Source: a virus. From it: a stretch of DNA of 64,000 bases. The notes beneath the pieces were generated by a model. It searched no databases and had not been told where the DNA came from. It saw nothing but the letters and a program-made list of their open reading frames with translations. How positions within the stretch are numbered: the stretch's first letter is position 1; each line of letters opens with the position of its first letter. Positions 56,273 to 64,000 of this stretch are shown piece by piece. The DNA is taken from the IMG/VR virus record IMGVR_UViG_3300028558_000018, positions 80,390 through 144,389 of that record; one strand, given 5' to 3'. Both the position numbers and the translations under genes were made by a program.

Positions 56273-56347
56273 TGGTAAGTCGGGAGGTATTCGAAACCCC
56301 ATAAGCCAAATTAGAATTTTGGTGCATATCCATTCTGCCACCGACTC
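56273..56347 (-). tRNA. tRNA-Arg(TCT), encoded CCA
   Basis: GAGTCGG/CCGACTT-A-CCA; D-loop GGA (A20 Arg determinant); CCAAA-ATTCTAA-TTTGG; TTCGAAT loop. Confidence 0.85.
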
Positions 56348-56498
56348 ATAAATTACTTCTATATCCAATCAGGCCAAATCCCCTAAGTCAAGAGCGGAAT
56401 CATCCCGTTGAATTAATTTTTTATTTTTAAATATCCTAGTAGGTTTCGGTAATTGCTTACGAATTTTCGCAAGTGTGTCCCGTTGAGTAATCACCTTT

Positions 56499-56798
56499 TT
56501 ATTTGCCTTCTTTTTCACGAAAATAAATTTTTAAAGTCTGCTCAACTTGCGGACAACTCTCAATTACTTGCCCGATAAAATTCATCCCAACATTTGTCCC
56601 CAACCATTGAATTATTGTCGCGGCTACAATTTGGTCGCGCTCCGAAGGATTGTTGATTAGATATTCTAGTAATTGCGCGGAATATCCTGATTGACGTTCA
56701 TTTTCGTCGGTCCACTGTTTCGCAAACGCAATTTCGCGTTGCGATAACTCTGTTTCTTTGAGTCTATTAGCGTGTAATCCTGTCGTGATAATTTCCAT
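56499..56798 (-). CDS. Hypothetical protein
   Basis: REIAFAKQW..ATIIQWLGTNVG pattern. Confidence 0.7.
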   Translation of the reverse strand: MEIITTGLHANRLKETELSQREIAFAKQWTDENERQSGYSAQLLEYLINNPSERDQIVAATIIQWLGTNVGMNFIGQVIESCPQVEQTLKIYFREKEGK

Positions 56799-56916
56799 AA
56801 TTAATAAGGTTTTCCCAACTCCCAATAACAGAATTGTCTCGCCTCTGCGCAGGACATGTTTCCATCCTTAATGCATTTCCAGAACAATTTAGTAAATTCC
56901 TCGCGATATTTCACAC

Positions 56917-57123
56917 TCATAAATCAATCCAAAGACGATATACTACGCCGACTCCCACTTTATCAAAAACAACCTCAACGATAATGATTAAAAGAACAAA
57001 TAGCATATTATACTGCTCGCTGATTCCTCTTAACCAGTTTGCTAACAAATTTTCATCCTTAACTTGTTCATCATTGAGGAATAAAAAGAATTGATGCCGC
57101 GTAAATCCTTTTGTTAGCTCCAT
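56917..57123 (-). CDS. Hypothetical protein
   Basis: 68 aa ORF. Confidence 0.45.
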   Translation of the reverse strand: MELTKGFTRHQFFLFLNDEQVKDENLLANWLRGISEQYNMLFVLLIIIVEVVFDKVGVGVVYRLWIDL

Positions 57124-57130
57124 TTGAGAA

Positions 57131-57163
57131 AATTTCCCGTGAGATTAAGTTCTCCCACGGGAA
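57131..57163 (-). terminator. Rho-independent terminator
   Basis: TTCCCGTGGGAG..CTCACGGGAA. Confidence 0.65.
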
Positions 57164-57173
57164 TTATCGTTAA

Positions 57174-57524
57174 TTACTGCGCGGGGAATACGAATTTGAA
57201 GGTATTCTTCTCTAGCAGATTCTTCGCCTCGGCATTAAATAGCTCATTCTGCGAAAGAATAAAGCTAACGGTGCGCTCCTTTTCGTCAATTACAGGAGTA
57301 ATATTAACATTCTCATGTTTTTTAACTAGGCGCGTCAATTGGTTCTTGATGCCCCGCGCCGTAGTAGGAGCAATGACCTTCGCGGGACGCTCTACTTTAA
57401 ATTGCGTAAGAATCCCCTTAACGGCGGCATTAATAACGTCCTCGGGGACATTCTTTTTAGCAAGTTTAGCTTTAACAGCCTCAATTTCAGAAGCCGGAAT
57501 TAGTGTTTTTTGTGTTGTGCTCAT
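57174..57524 (-). CDS. Basic hypothetical protein
   Basis: 116 aa, K/A-rich, terminator follows. Confidence 0.7.
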   Translation of the reverse strand: MSTTQKTLIPASEIEAVKAKLAKKNVPEDVINAAVKGILTQFKVERPAKVIAPTTARGIKNQLTRLVKKHENVNITPVIDEKERTVSFILSQNELFNAEAKNLLEKNTFKFVFPAQ

Positions 57525-57551
57525 ATTTTTGTTTGTTTATTTCTAACGAAA

Positions 57552-57791
57552 TTACTTCTTATTATTGGAATTTTCCCGCTCAATAGGAAGATCAAGCCAA
57601 ATAATGCTATTTTTCTCTTCGCGAGTCGGCAGACGATTTTTGGAATTCAGCGTATAAGTCTTTAGCTGCTCGATTCCATCCTTGATTTTCTTTTGGCGCG
57701 CCTCCGAATTATGATATTTTGGACGATTTGAAGGGGTAAACTTGTCGCCCTTTTTCTTCGTGGAAGTTGTAACTGATTCAATTTTAGCCAT
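57552..57791 (-). CDS. Basic hypothetical protein
   Basis: TTGAC 35 nt upstream. Confidence 0.65.
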   Translation of the reverse strand: MAKIESVTTSTKKKGDKFTPSNRPKYHNSEARQKKIKDGIEQLKTYTLNSKNRLPTREEKNSIIWLDLPIERENSNNKK

Positions 57792-57832
57792 AATGATATT
57801 GTTGTTTATTGTTTTCTCTCTGTCAAATTAAT

Positions 57833-58279
57833 TTATTCGGATTCTTCGCTTTTTTCGATTTGCGATTCGGAGTAAGTCGCTTGATATTCGCCCACTTTAT
57901 TCAAAATATTGTCCTTGGCAAGCTTATTTTCGAAAAAATCATTCGCAAGTTCAATTGCTTGGCGCTCAATAACTTGTAAATCATAACTAATGTCCCACCC
58001 ATCTTCAGTCATTGTCGAAATAGGTTGCGCGGCCATGAGTTCGTTACGAAAATTATCCAATAAAGCTTTCTTTAGACGCTCTAAGGGTGTTAAACAATAT
58101 CGTGTTGATTCATCAAATGTGTAAAAATCCCCCTTGCCATTTATGCCATAGTTTATACAAAAATTTTCAATTCGTTCCAAAAAGGAAGCATCGCCGCTGA
58201 ACATAAATGCATCATATTGCCCATAATTGGATAAGATAAATTTTCCTGTTTCATTATTTAAAGAGTTAATTTTGATCAT
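57833..58279 (-). CDS. Hypothetical protein
   Basis: 148 aa ORF. Confidence 0.65.
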   Translation of the reverse strand: MIKINSLNNETGKFILSNYGQYDAFMFSGDASFLERIENFCINYGINGKGDFYTFDESTRYCLTPLERLKKALLDNFRNELMAAQPISTMTEDGWDISYDLQVIERQAIELANDFFENKLAKDNILNKVGEYQATYSESQIEKSEESE

Positions 58280-58485
58280 ATTTGGGGTTAAATTAGAGTA
58301 TTATTTTCCGCGATTATCATACCAACGGGAATATTTAGGATAAAATTCGGATAATATAAACCCAATAATGAATCCATAAATAAAATGACACCAAAGATTA
58401 TTTCCAAACGGGGGAATAAATGCCTGAATAATCATTGCGCTCAACCATATGAGACTGTAAAGTATATTTTTTGAATTCATATTAA

Positions 58486-58683
58486 TTAGAGTAAACTTTG
58501 GGCCTTTAATGCGCTGGCATAAGTATAATATAAAGATTCCTCGCTATGTTCATGAGTCCAGCCCACTAATGAATAACCATTGTTATTAGCTCTAATGAGG
58601 ACGAATTCAACTGTTGTGCAAATGATTGTTTTATTATCCAATACGAAATAAACTTTGTCATTGGGAGAAAATTTTGGTTTCAT
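58486..58683 (-). CDS. Hypothetical protein
   Basis: KFSPNDKVYF; TAATG coupling. Confidence 0.6.
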   Translation of the reverse strand: MKPKFSPNDKVYFVLDNKTIICTTVEFVLIRANNNGYSLVGWTHEHSEESLYYTYASALKAQSLL

Positions 58684-59834
58684 TATTCAACTACCTCCCA
58701 ATTTGAATGTTTGCGGAAAAATCTACGGGGATAATCCATATTGGGGTTAATAATAATTCGCCCAGATTTAACGGTTTTCCCCTCGCAATAGAATTGATAA
58801 GCCTTATTTTTCCCAATATATTTTTTATCCTTGGGAGAATTATCAATTTTCAGCACATGAATTACCCAGCCCTTACCTTTATTTGTTCTAAAATACCAAC
58901 GGGGCTTATTCGAAGTCGGGCCGACAACAATTCCCTCTTGATTATCCATAATTTGGCCATTTTTAGCCATTTCGTAAGCGACATTTGCGCCATAAATCTT
59001 AATATCATTAATTCCTTCATTTTCCCTCGCACTAATATCATCTTGAGAAACAATCCCCACTTGTTCATCAACTTCGATATCTTCTCCTTGAACGGTCGCG
59101 GGCGCATAATTGCAACTAAAATCAGTAATATTCTTAACCGGACCAAGATTCTTTAATACTTCATATTTGCACACTACAATTTTTTGATAACAAGCGTGTT
59201 CTGGAATCCGAACAACATCAGTGGGGTTAAATTTGGTCAAAATAGCAATATCATCGTCATTTCCGTAATCACGGACAAACGAAAACCACCCATGATGGAG
59301 GCCGGGTCCGGCTGCGACATTTTTATCATCAGAAATTTCCCCGCGAGGCATTTCCGGTTTTTGCCCCACTGAGTTATCAATTTTCCCCGTCCATTTATCG
59401 CGGAATTTAGAAGTTACCGCCTTCATCGCCATTACATCGCCATTATCGTCAATTGGCATCTGGTAGCGTTCAATATATTCGAATAGCTGATTGCGGCTAT
59501 TCTCACTGGGGTTTTCCATTAGCTTATTCAAAAATAGAATAATCGGCTCAAATGGATATCCATTTTGGATATATTCAAAAATTCGATTAACAATCGCTCC
59601 GTGGACTTGTTTACCGGCATAGGTAATAACATTATCGTAAACATTTACCTTCCCTAGACTAAATTTAGCAATTACCTTGGGTAAGGTAAGAACATTTTCA
59701 AGCTCTGGCCAATTTTTAGATTTAATCGCCGCGAGGACAGAACTAAAGCGAATATCACCCGAATCAATAGTAGTCGGGCCATTAGCACCAACTACGGTTA
59801 CGAAATTTGAGTGGATTAAGAATGCAGGATTCAT
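58683..59834 (-). CDS. rIIB: rIIB-like protein
   Basis: FLNKLMENPS..LFEYIE..GDVMAMKAV..DNSVG..MPR..GLH..NPTDVVRIP..CKYEVL. Confidence 0.82.
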   Translation of the reverse strand: MNPAFLIHSNFVTVVGANGPTTIDSGDIRFSSVLAAIKSKNWPELENVLTLPKVIAKFSLGKVNVYDNVITYAGKQVHGAIVNRIFEYIQNGYPFEPIILFLNKLMENPSENSRNQLFEYIERYQMPIDDNGDVMAMKAVTSKFRDKWTGKIDNSVGQKPEMPRGEISDDKNVAAGPGLHHGWFSFVRDYGNDDDIAILTKFNPTDVVRIPEHACYQKIVVCKYEVLKNLGPVKNITDFSCNYAPATVQGEDIEVDEQVGIVSQDDISARENEGINDIKIYGANVAYEMAKNGQIMDNQEGIVVGPTSNKPRWYFRTNKGKGWVIHVLKIDNSPKDKKYIGKNKAYQFYCEGKTVKSGRIIINPNMDYPRRFFRKHSNWEVVE

Positions 59835-59858
59835 ATATTTTAGATTAATTTTTATTGT

Positions 59859-60092
59859 TTACTTGGAGGGGTTAAATTTCATCCCATATTGGACACGATT
59901 AGAGAGAAAAAACGAAGAAAACAATCCAATTGGACCTGCCAGCCCCGATATTATCGCTGCGAACATATCGCCTTTGCGATCTTCGAAAGCTAAAGTAGGC
60001 CATTTATTTTGAAAATAACCAAATGTAATTCCGTAGGCGAAAATCCCGCAAATTAGATGCGCGATGAGATAACCAATTATTAGTGTGTTCAT
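59859..60092 (-). CDS. Small membrane protein
   Basis: Two hydrophobic segments; between rIIA and rIIB. Confidence 0.65.
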   Translation of the reverse strand: MNTLIIGYLIAHLICGIFAYGITFGYFQNKWPTLAFEDRKGDMFAAIISGLAGPIGLFSSFFLSNRVQYGMKFNPSK

Positions 60093-60101
60093 ATTTAATC
60101 T

Positions 60102-62285
60102 TTAGCTAGTTTGTGTGAGTTCTTCTTGAGTGTCAAATTCTTTTTGCGCTTTTTCTTTCAAAATCAATTTTGCATAATTAATAAAATCTTTTCTAAATTT
60201 AGTCTCTTGATAATAGGCCGTCGAAATATGAGTTAGTAGAGGAAATTGCGACTTAATTTGTTCTAATTCGTCATTGAGTAATTTTAACTCCGTTTCGTCA
60301 ATTTCAATTGCTTCGGGAGGGGTGATCCCCACATTGAGCGCGATATATTTATAGGGGTCATCACGGCTAACTTTTTGGTTAAATTTAACCTTAGAAATAA
60401 AATTATTAATTACGTCATCATTTAGCACTTTATGGGCATAATATAATAGATTTGCAAATTCTCCACTATTTAAATCTATTGAATAAATTTGCAGCGCGGT
60501 TGTTTTCGTATAGTGAATTTTCAATAATGCGGCGAGATGTAAATCAATACGTTTCCATTGGTCGCCAAGTTTTTTCGCTTTAGCTTCTGTAAAAGTATAA
60601 ATTAATGGGGATTTTTTAAAATTAGAATCCAAATTCATTAAATGACTATGAATAGAGGAAATGCTCGGGCAAAGTTTCCCGCTTTCATAATAATAATCAT
60701 TATAATTGCGAATTAGATAATATCCTCCTTCGTGCTCGTTTAAATCAATATTAGCGTGCGCGAGATTCTTTTTCTCATCAAAATATTCATAATCGTCGTC
60801 TTCTAATTCGCTATTTGGGTCATAAATACGGCAATTAGTTGAGGGGATTTTATCTTTTGGAGTATTTGCGCGAACTTTCTTAGGGATTACTACCTCCACA
60901 TTAATATCTTTGAAACAGCTAAGAGGAATTCCCTTGTCAATGCAAATTTGTGTTAATTGCTCAATAGATTCAGGTTGAATTACCCAAATAGGATCATCTT
61001 CTTCGATTTTCTCCCTCTCAAAATAAAACCTCGCAAGATTCCTAATTTTTCCCTTTCCGCATTGAGTCAAATCATAAAATAAATTTTGAAAAGCGCGATT
61101 ACCTTGAACAATGGGCCAGCCTTCGTAACTGGGCAATTCACTCGCCTTAGTTCTCTGTTTACCTGTTCTATCACGATAAAGTTTCGCAATATAGCCTTCA
61201 AATAATGAAGTATCAAAATTTACCTTAGTAATGGCAATATTGCCAAATTTAATCTCGATATGGGTTTTGAATAGTTCGGCTAGTGCGCCAAATTGACCTT
61301 GAGTGTTGAACAAATCATAATAAAGTTGTCGCGCTCCATATTCGGTAGTAACCGCCGCTTGTTTTTGAGCTACCTCGGCGCGGATTTCATCCTCAATGGT
61401 TTTGAGTTTCGATTTAACAAAATTAATGGTTTTATTTGTATAAGCGCAAAGTTCCCGCGATGCACTAATTGAAATATCTCCAATATCCGCAAAAATTACA
61501 AGGTTTTTCTCAAGAATTTTAGTCTGAAGGTTCGTAATATCGGGAATTTGCGCCGCGTCTAATTTGTAAAAGATTCCGCCCATTACCACTCCGCTAGAGC
61601 TAATTCTATTAGATTTTAAAAATCCCCAAGAATCATCGCGCAAAAGGGAATATTCTGGAACAATTTTCTTAAAAGAATCATTCCCCTCTACATTAGGATA
61701 AACCTTCCAAAATTGGAATAATTCTTGAGCATCACTTAATACGGTATTAATATCCCGTTGATTAATATTAATTTGAATTTCCACCCCCGATTCTTCATCA
61801 GTTTTAGAGCTAATCAAAAGGGCTAACTTCCCGCAATCAGATTCATCAAGGTATGCGTTATAAATTGATTTAATTCCTTTATGGATAGAAGTAATTTGGA
61901 ACGACGAAGAGTAAGCGAATCCCACCTTGGCCCCGATTCCAAAATGGCCACAAGTATCATTATCTTCGGTTTTAGTGGACTCACCATAAACACAAAAGAT
62001 TTTCCACATATCCTTTTGGCTTAATCCCTCACCGAAATCACGAATTTTCAATACTGGGTTAAGAATCTGGGGTAGGGTAACATTAATCGGCTTATCTTGT
62101 TTATTAGCAACGAAATGAGAGTCCACTCCATTAATTCCATACTCTCTGAGAATCGCAAGTATTTTGCGAGAATAGAGGGAATCGCGCAAAATTTTGAAAA
62201 TTCCCGCCGACGATTTGATTGAAAAGCTATTTTCTTTAAATGGCTCGGATTTAGTGACTTCGTAAACGTTGGATTCGGTAAGCAT
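60102..62285 (-). CDS. rIIA: rIIA-like protein (N-terminal GHKL/HATPase)
   Basis: LYSRKILAILREYGINGVDSH, IRDFGEGLS, YGESTK, GHFGIGAK. Confidence 0.85.
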   Translation of the reverse strand: MLTESNVYEVTKSEPFKENSFSIKSSAGIFKILRDSLYSRKILAILREYGINGVDSHFVANKQDKPINVTLPQILNPVLKIRDFGEGLSQKDMWKIFCVYGESTKTEDNDTCGHFGIGAKVGFAYSSSFQITSIHKGIKSIYNAYLDESDCGKLALLISSKTDEESGVEIQININQRDINTVLSDAQELFQFWKVYPNVEGNDSFKKIVPEYSLLRDDSWGFLKSNRISSSGVVMGGIFYKLDAAQIPDITNLQTKILEKNLVIFADIGDISISASRELCAYTNKTINFVKSKLKTIEDEIRAEVAQKQAAVTTEYGARQLYYDLFNTQGQFGALAELFKTHIEIKFGNIAITKVNFDTSLFEGYIAKLYRDRTGKQRTKASELPSYEGWPIVQGNRAFQNLFYDLTQCGKGKIRNLARFYFEREKIEEDDPIWVIQPESIEQLTQICIDKGIPLSCFKDINVEVVIPKKVRANTPKDKIPSTNCRIYDPNSELEDDDYEYFDEKKNLAHANIDLNEHEGGYYLIRNYNDYYYESGKLCPSISSIHSHLMNLDSNFKKSPLIYTFTEAKAKKLGDQWKRIDLHLAALLKIHYTKTTALQIYSIDLNSGEFANLLYYAHKVLNDDVINNFISKVKFNQKVSRDDPYKYIALNVGITPPEAIEIDETELKLLNDELEQIKSQFPLLTHISTAYYQETKFRKDFINYAKLILKEKAQKEFDTQEELTQTS

Positions 62286-62352
62286 AATTCGTTTTTAACA
62301 ATTCGGAGCTTGATAGAGATTCGGCGCGCCGTCAAATTCTTTTTTAATTAAT

Positions 62353-62574
62353 TTATTCGAAAGTTTTCTCGACAAATTTAACATGAATAGGGGTATCTTC
62401 ATCAATAGACAATCTCATCCCAGAATAATCCCCACCAGAAGGAACATCAAAATAAACGCCCCAATGCGAAGTTTCTTCTGGAATCATTTTGGCGATTTTT
62501 AACGCTTTCATAATATCATGTTCGTCAAATGTATATGAAATTTCTTTAGTAATTGTTGTTTTAATTGTTTTCAT
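62353..62574 (-). CDS. Hypothetical protein
   Basis: VPSGGDYSG motif. Confidence 0.65.
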   Translation of the reverse strand: MKTIKTTITKEISYTFDEHDIMKALKIAKMIPEETSHWGVYFDVPSGGDYSGMRLSIDEDTPIHVKFVEKTFE

Positions 62575-62942
62575 AAAGAGGAAAAATAAACATAAGTCGT
62601 TAATAGAGCAATATAATGTGAAAGTTGGTCCGCGCCGACATAAACGAAAAAGTTATGATAATCCTTAACCGCAAATCTTTTCGCGCTCGCCCTAGAGGTG
62701 AAATAATCAGTGATGAAATGTATCACGCCATTAACCGCCGCCCAAATTAATCCCAATAAATGATTTGCCTCAAATAAAATAAATCCAGAAAAAGATAACG
62801 CCACCGTGTATGTTATCACATGGGCCGACAATGCCCAATTATCTTTACTTTTATTGCTCGCCATCCAATGGCTCTGGAGGATAAAATCAGCCACATAATG
62901 GGTGATTAATATTGAGATTATTACTAATAGATCAATTTTCAT
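62571..62942 (-). CDS. DUF3307-family membrane protein
   Basis: HYVADFILQ..MASNKS..H..HFITD..DQLSH. Confidence 0.85.
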   Translation of the reverse strand: MKIDLLVIISILITHYVADFILQSHWMASNKSKDNWALSAHVITYTVALSFSGFILFEANHLLGLIWAAVNGVIHFITDYFTSRASAKRFAVKDYHNFFVYVGADQLSHYIALLTTYVYFSSL

Positions 62943-63310
62943 GGGAGTAAATCTTTATTTTCAAATATATTACCAATTACTTCTCTATTTTCAACTTTTG
63001 TTGGAATATTATACCAACCATCCACTCCCCACTCGCCAGTATCAGTTGATATCCATTCGATAGCTTTATTACGAGGCTTGGAATAATAAAGAGAGGAATC
63101 TTTTACAATATCGCCCTCGTAAATATCTTTTCCATTTTTATCCACTAATCCCGTGGCGCGCTGAATAACATGATTGTTGAGATTAAGAGGAGTCATTCCC
63201 GATTTTGGGCCAATATGATAAATATAACCTCTATTAGAGATTATCACTTCATCTTTTTCCCATTCATTGAAATTCTTACACCAAACACGGAATTTAATTG
63301 GATTGCTCAT
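62939..63310 (-). CDS. YopX-family protein
   Basis: IKFRVW..TGLVDKNGKDIYEGDIV..EVIGNIFEN. Confidence 0.9.
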   Translation of the reverse strand: MSNPIKFRVWCKNFNEWEKDEVIISNRGYIYHIGPKSGMTPLNLNNHVIQRATGLVDKNGKDIYEGDIVKDSSLYYSKPRNKAIEWISTDTGEWGVDGWYNIPTKVENREVIGNIFENKDLLP

Positions 63311-63636
63311 TTTAATAAAAGTTCTGAATTTTGATAAATATTACCGATAACTTCATACGAATGACATTTGCCGACCGACAAACCAAAACTACAATTTTGT
63401 TCATGCCATTTACAGACAAACATGTTAGCGACTTTATTTTGGTGACTATTTTCGTTATATATTTTAAGTAGGATATCACCCTCATAAATTTCCACATTAT
63501 TTTTGTCTTTTAATCCGGTAAATTCCATCAAAACCATACCTTTCGGCACAACTAATTGTCCCGTAGAATTATTATAAGATATCCCACAAGTAGTAATCCT
63601 TAGCCCGTCCCACGCTCGAAATTGAATATCTCTCAT
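63307..63636 (-). CDS. YopX-family protein
   Basis: IQFRAWD..FTGLKDKNNVEIYEGDIL..EVIGNIYQN. Confidence 0.9.
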   Translation of the reverse strand: MRDIQFRAWDGLRITTCGISYNNSTGQLVVPKGMVLMEFTGLKDKNNVEIYEGDILLKIYNENSHQNKVANMFVCKWHEQNCSFGLSVGKCHSYEVIGNIYQNSELLLK

Positions 63637-64000
63637 GATGTTAATAAATTTGAATGTTCATATATGTTGCCCACTACTTCATAGTTCTCTCCCTCAAAAA
63701 GCAAGCCCGAAATCGCACCGTTTTTAGAAATTTTAGAATATTTAAGGATAAAACTCGGCGGCGAATATTCTACTTCTCCAATCGCAATAATAATATCTTT
63801 TAACGCAGTTTTGGGCAAATCCCGCCGCTCAAAATAAATATTTTCTTCTAATTTTTCCTTTTGATAAGTAGAAGGATACCAAGAAAGAATGTCTCCTTCG
63901 TAAATATTACGATTATTAATGTCTTTTAGGCCGGTAAATTGTTGTAGAATTAATTTTTCATGATATAATTCCCGATTATATTTGGGAACGATATATCCCT
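63633..64000 (-). CDS. YopX-family protein, partial (starts beyond window)
   Basis: QFTGLKDINNRNIYEGDIL..EVVGNIYEH in one open frame. Confidence 0.85.
   Translation of the reverse strand, partial: GYIVPKYNRELYHEKLILQQFTGLKDINNRNIYEGDILSWYPSTYQKEKLEENIYFERRDLPKTALKDIIIAIGEVEYSPPSFILKYSKISKNGAISGLLFEGENYEVVGNIYEHSNLLTS

Noticed and set aside
56273-56347. Reading the tRNA as an amber suppressor (CUA)
   Set aside because: The CCAAA/TTTGG stem centres TCT in the 7-nt loop and A20 fits Arg; a CUA register breaks the stem.
1-64000. Alternative genetic code
   Set aside because: Long conserved genes are intact in code 11 and TGA is used as a stop in many ATGA overlaps.

Overview
A 64-kb slice of a large, AT-rich (roughly 35% GC by eye) tailed dsDNA phage genome; no integrase or host genes are seen. 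1-20.7 kb (minus strand) is a late/structural block: LAGLIDADG endonuclease, major capsid, decoration protein, prohead protease/scaffold, portal, terminase, HNH and ERCC4 nucleases, a phage sigma factor, a candidate one-piece spanin, tail fibres, a tail-locus trypsin-like protease and PhoH. 20.9-24.8 kb is a short plus-strand block (ClpP and small ORFs). 24.8-30.3 kb is gene-poor and rich in repeats and hairpins, where transcription converges (candidate genome end and pre-early region); it holds a GC-rich terminal gene with a structured leader, an exported lysozyme and an exported SHD1-like protein that points to a Verrucomicrobiota/Planctomycetota host (inference). 30.3-64 kb is a minus-strand early array: a DUF3150-like/MoxR AAA+/VWA-peptidase trio, about 90 small ORFs, rIIA/rIIB-like genes and YopX paralogues. 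Most notable: a CCA-ended cloverleaf RNA with a UAU anticodon and no canonical D/T-loop elbow (54744-54822), which with tRNA-Leu(UAA) and tRNA-Arg(UCU) would cover the A/U-rich codons AUA/UUA/AGA; at least 16 promoters placing ATG 34-36 nt from TTGAC (leaderless translation); a bipartite late-promoter motif; a 59-aa RMF-like ORF; and a strongly over-represented GCGCGGCG octamer. All assignments come from reading motifs by eye; no searches were run.
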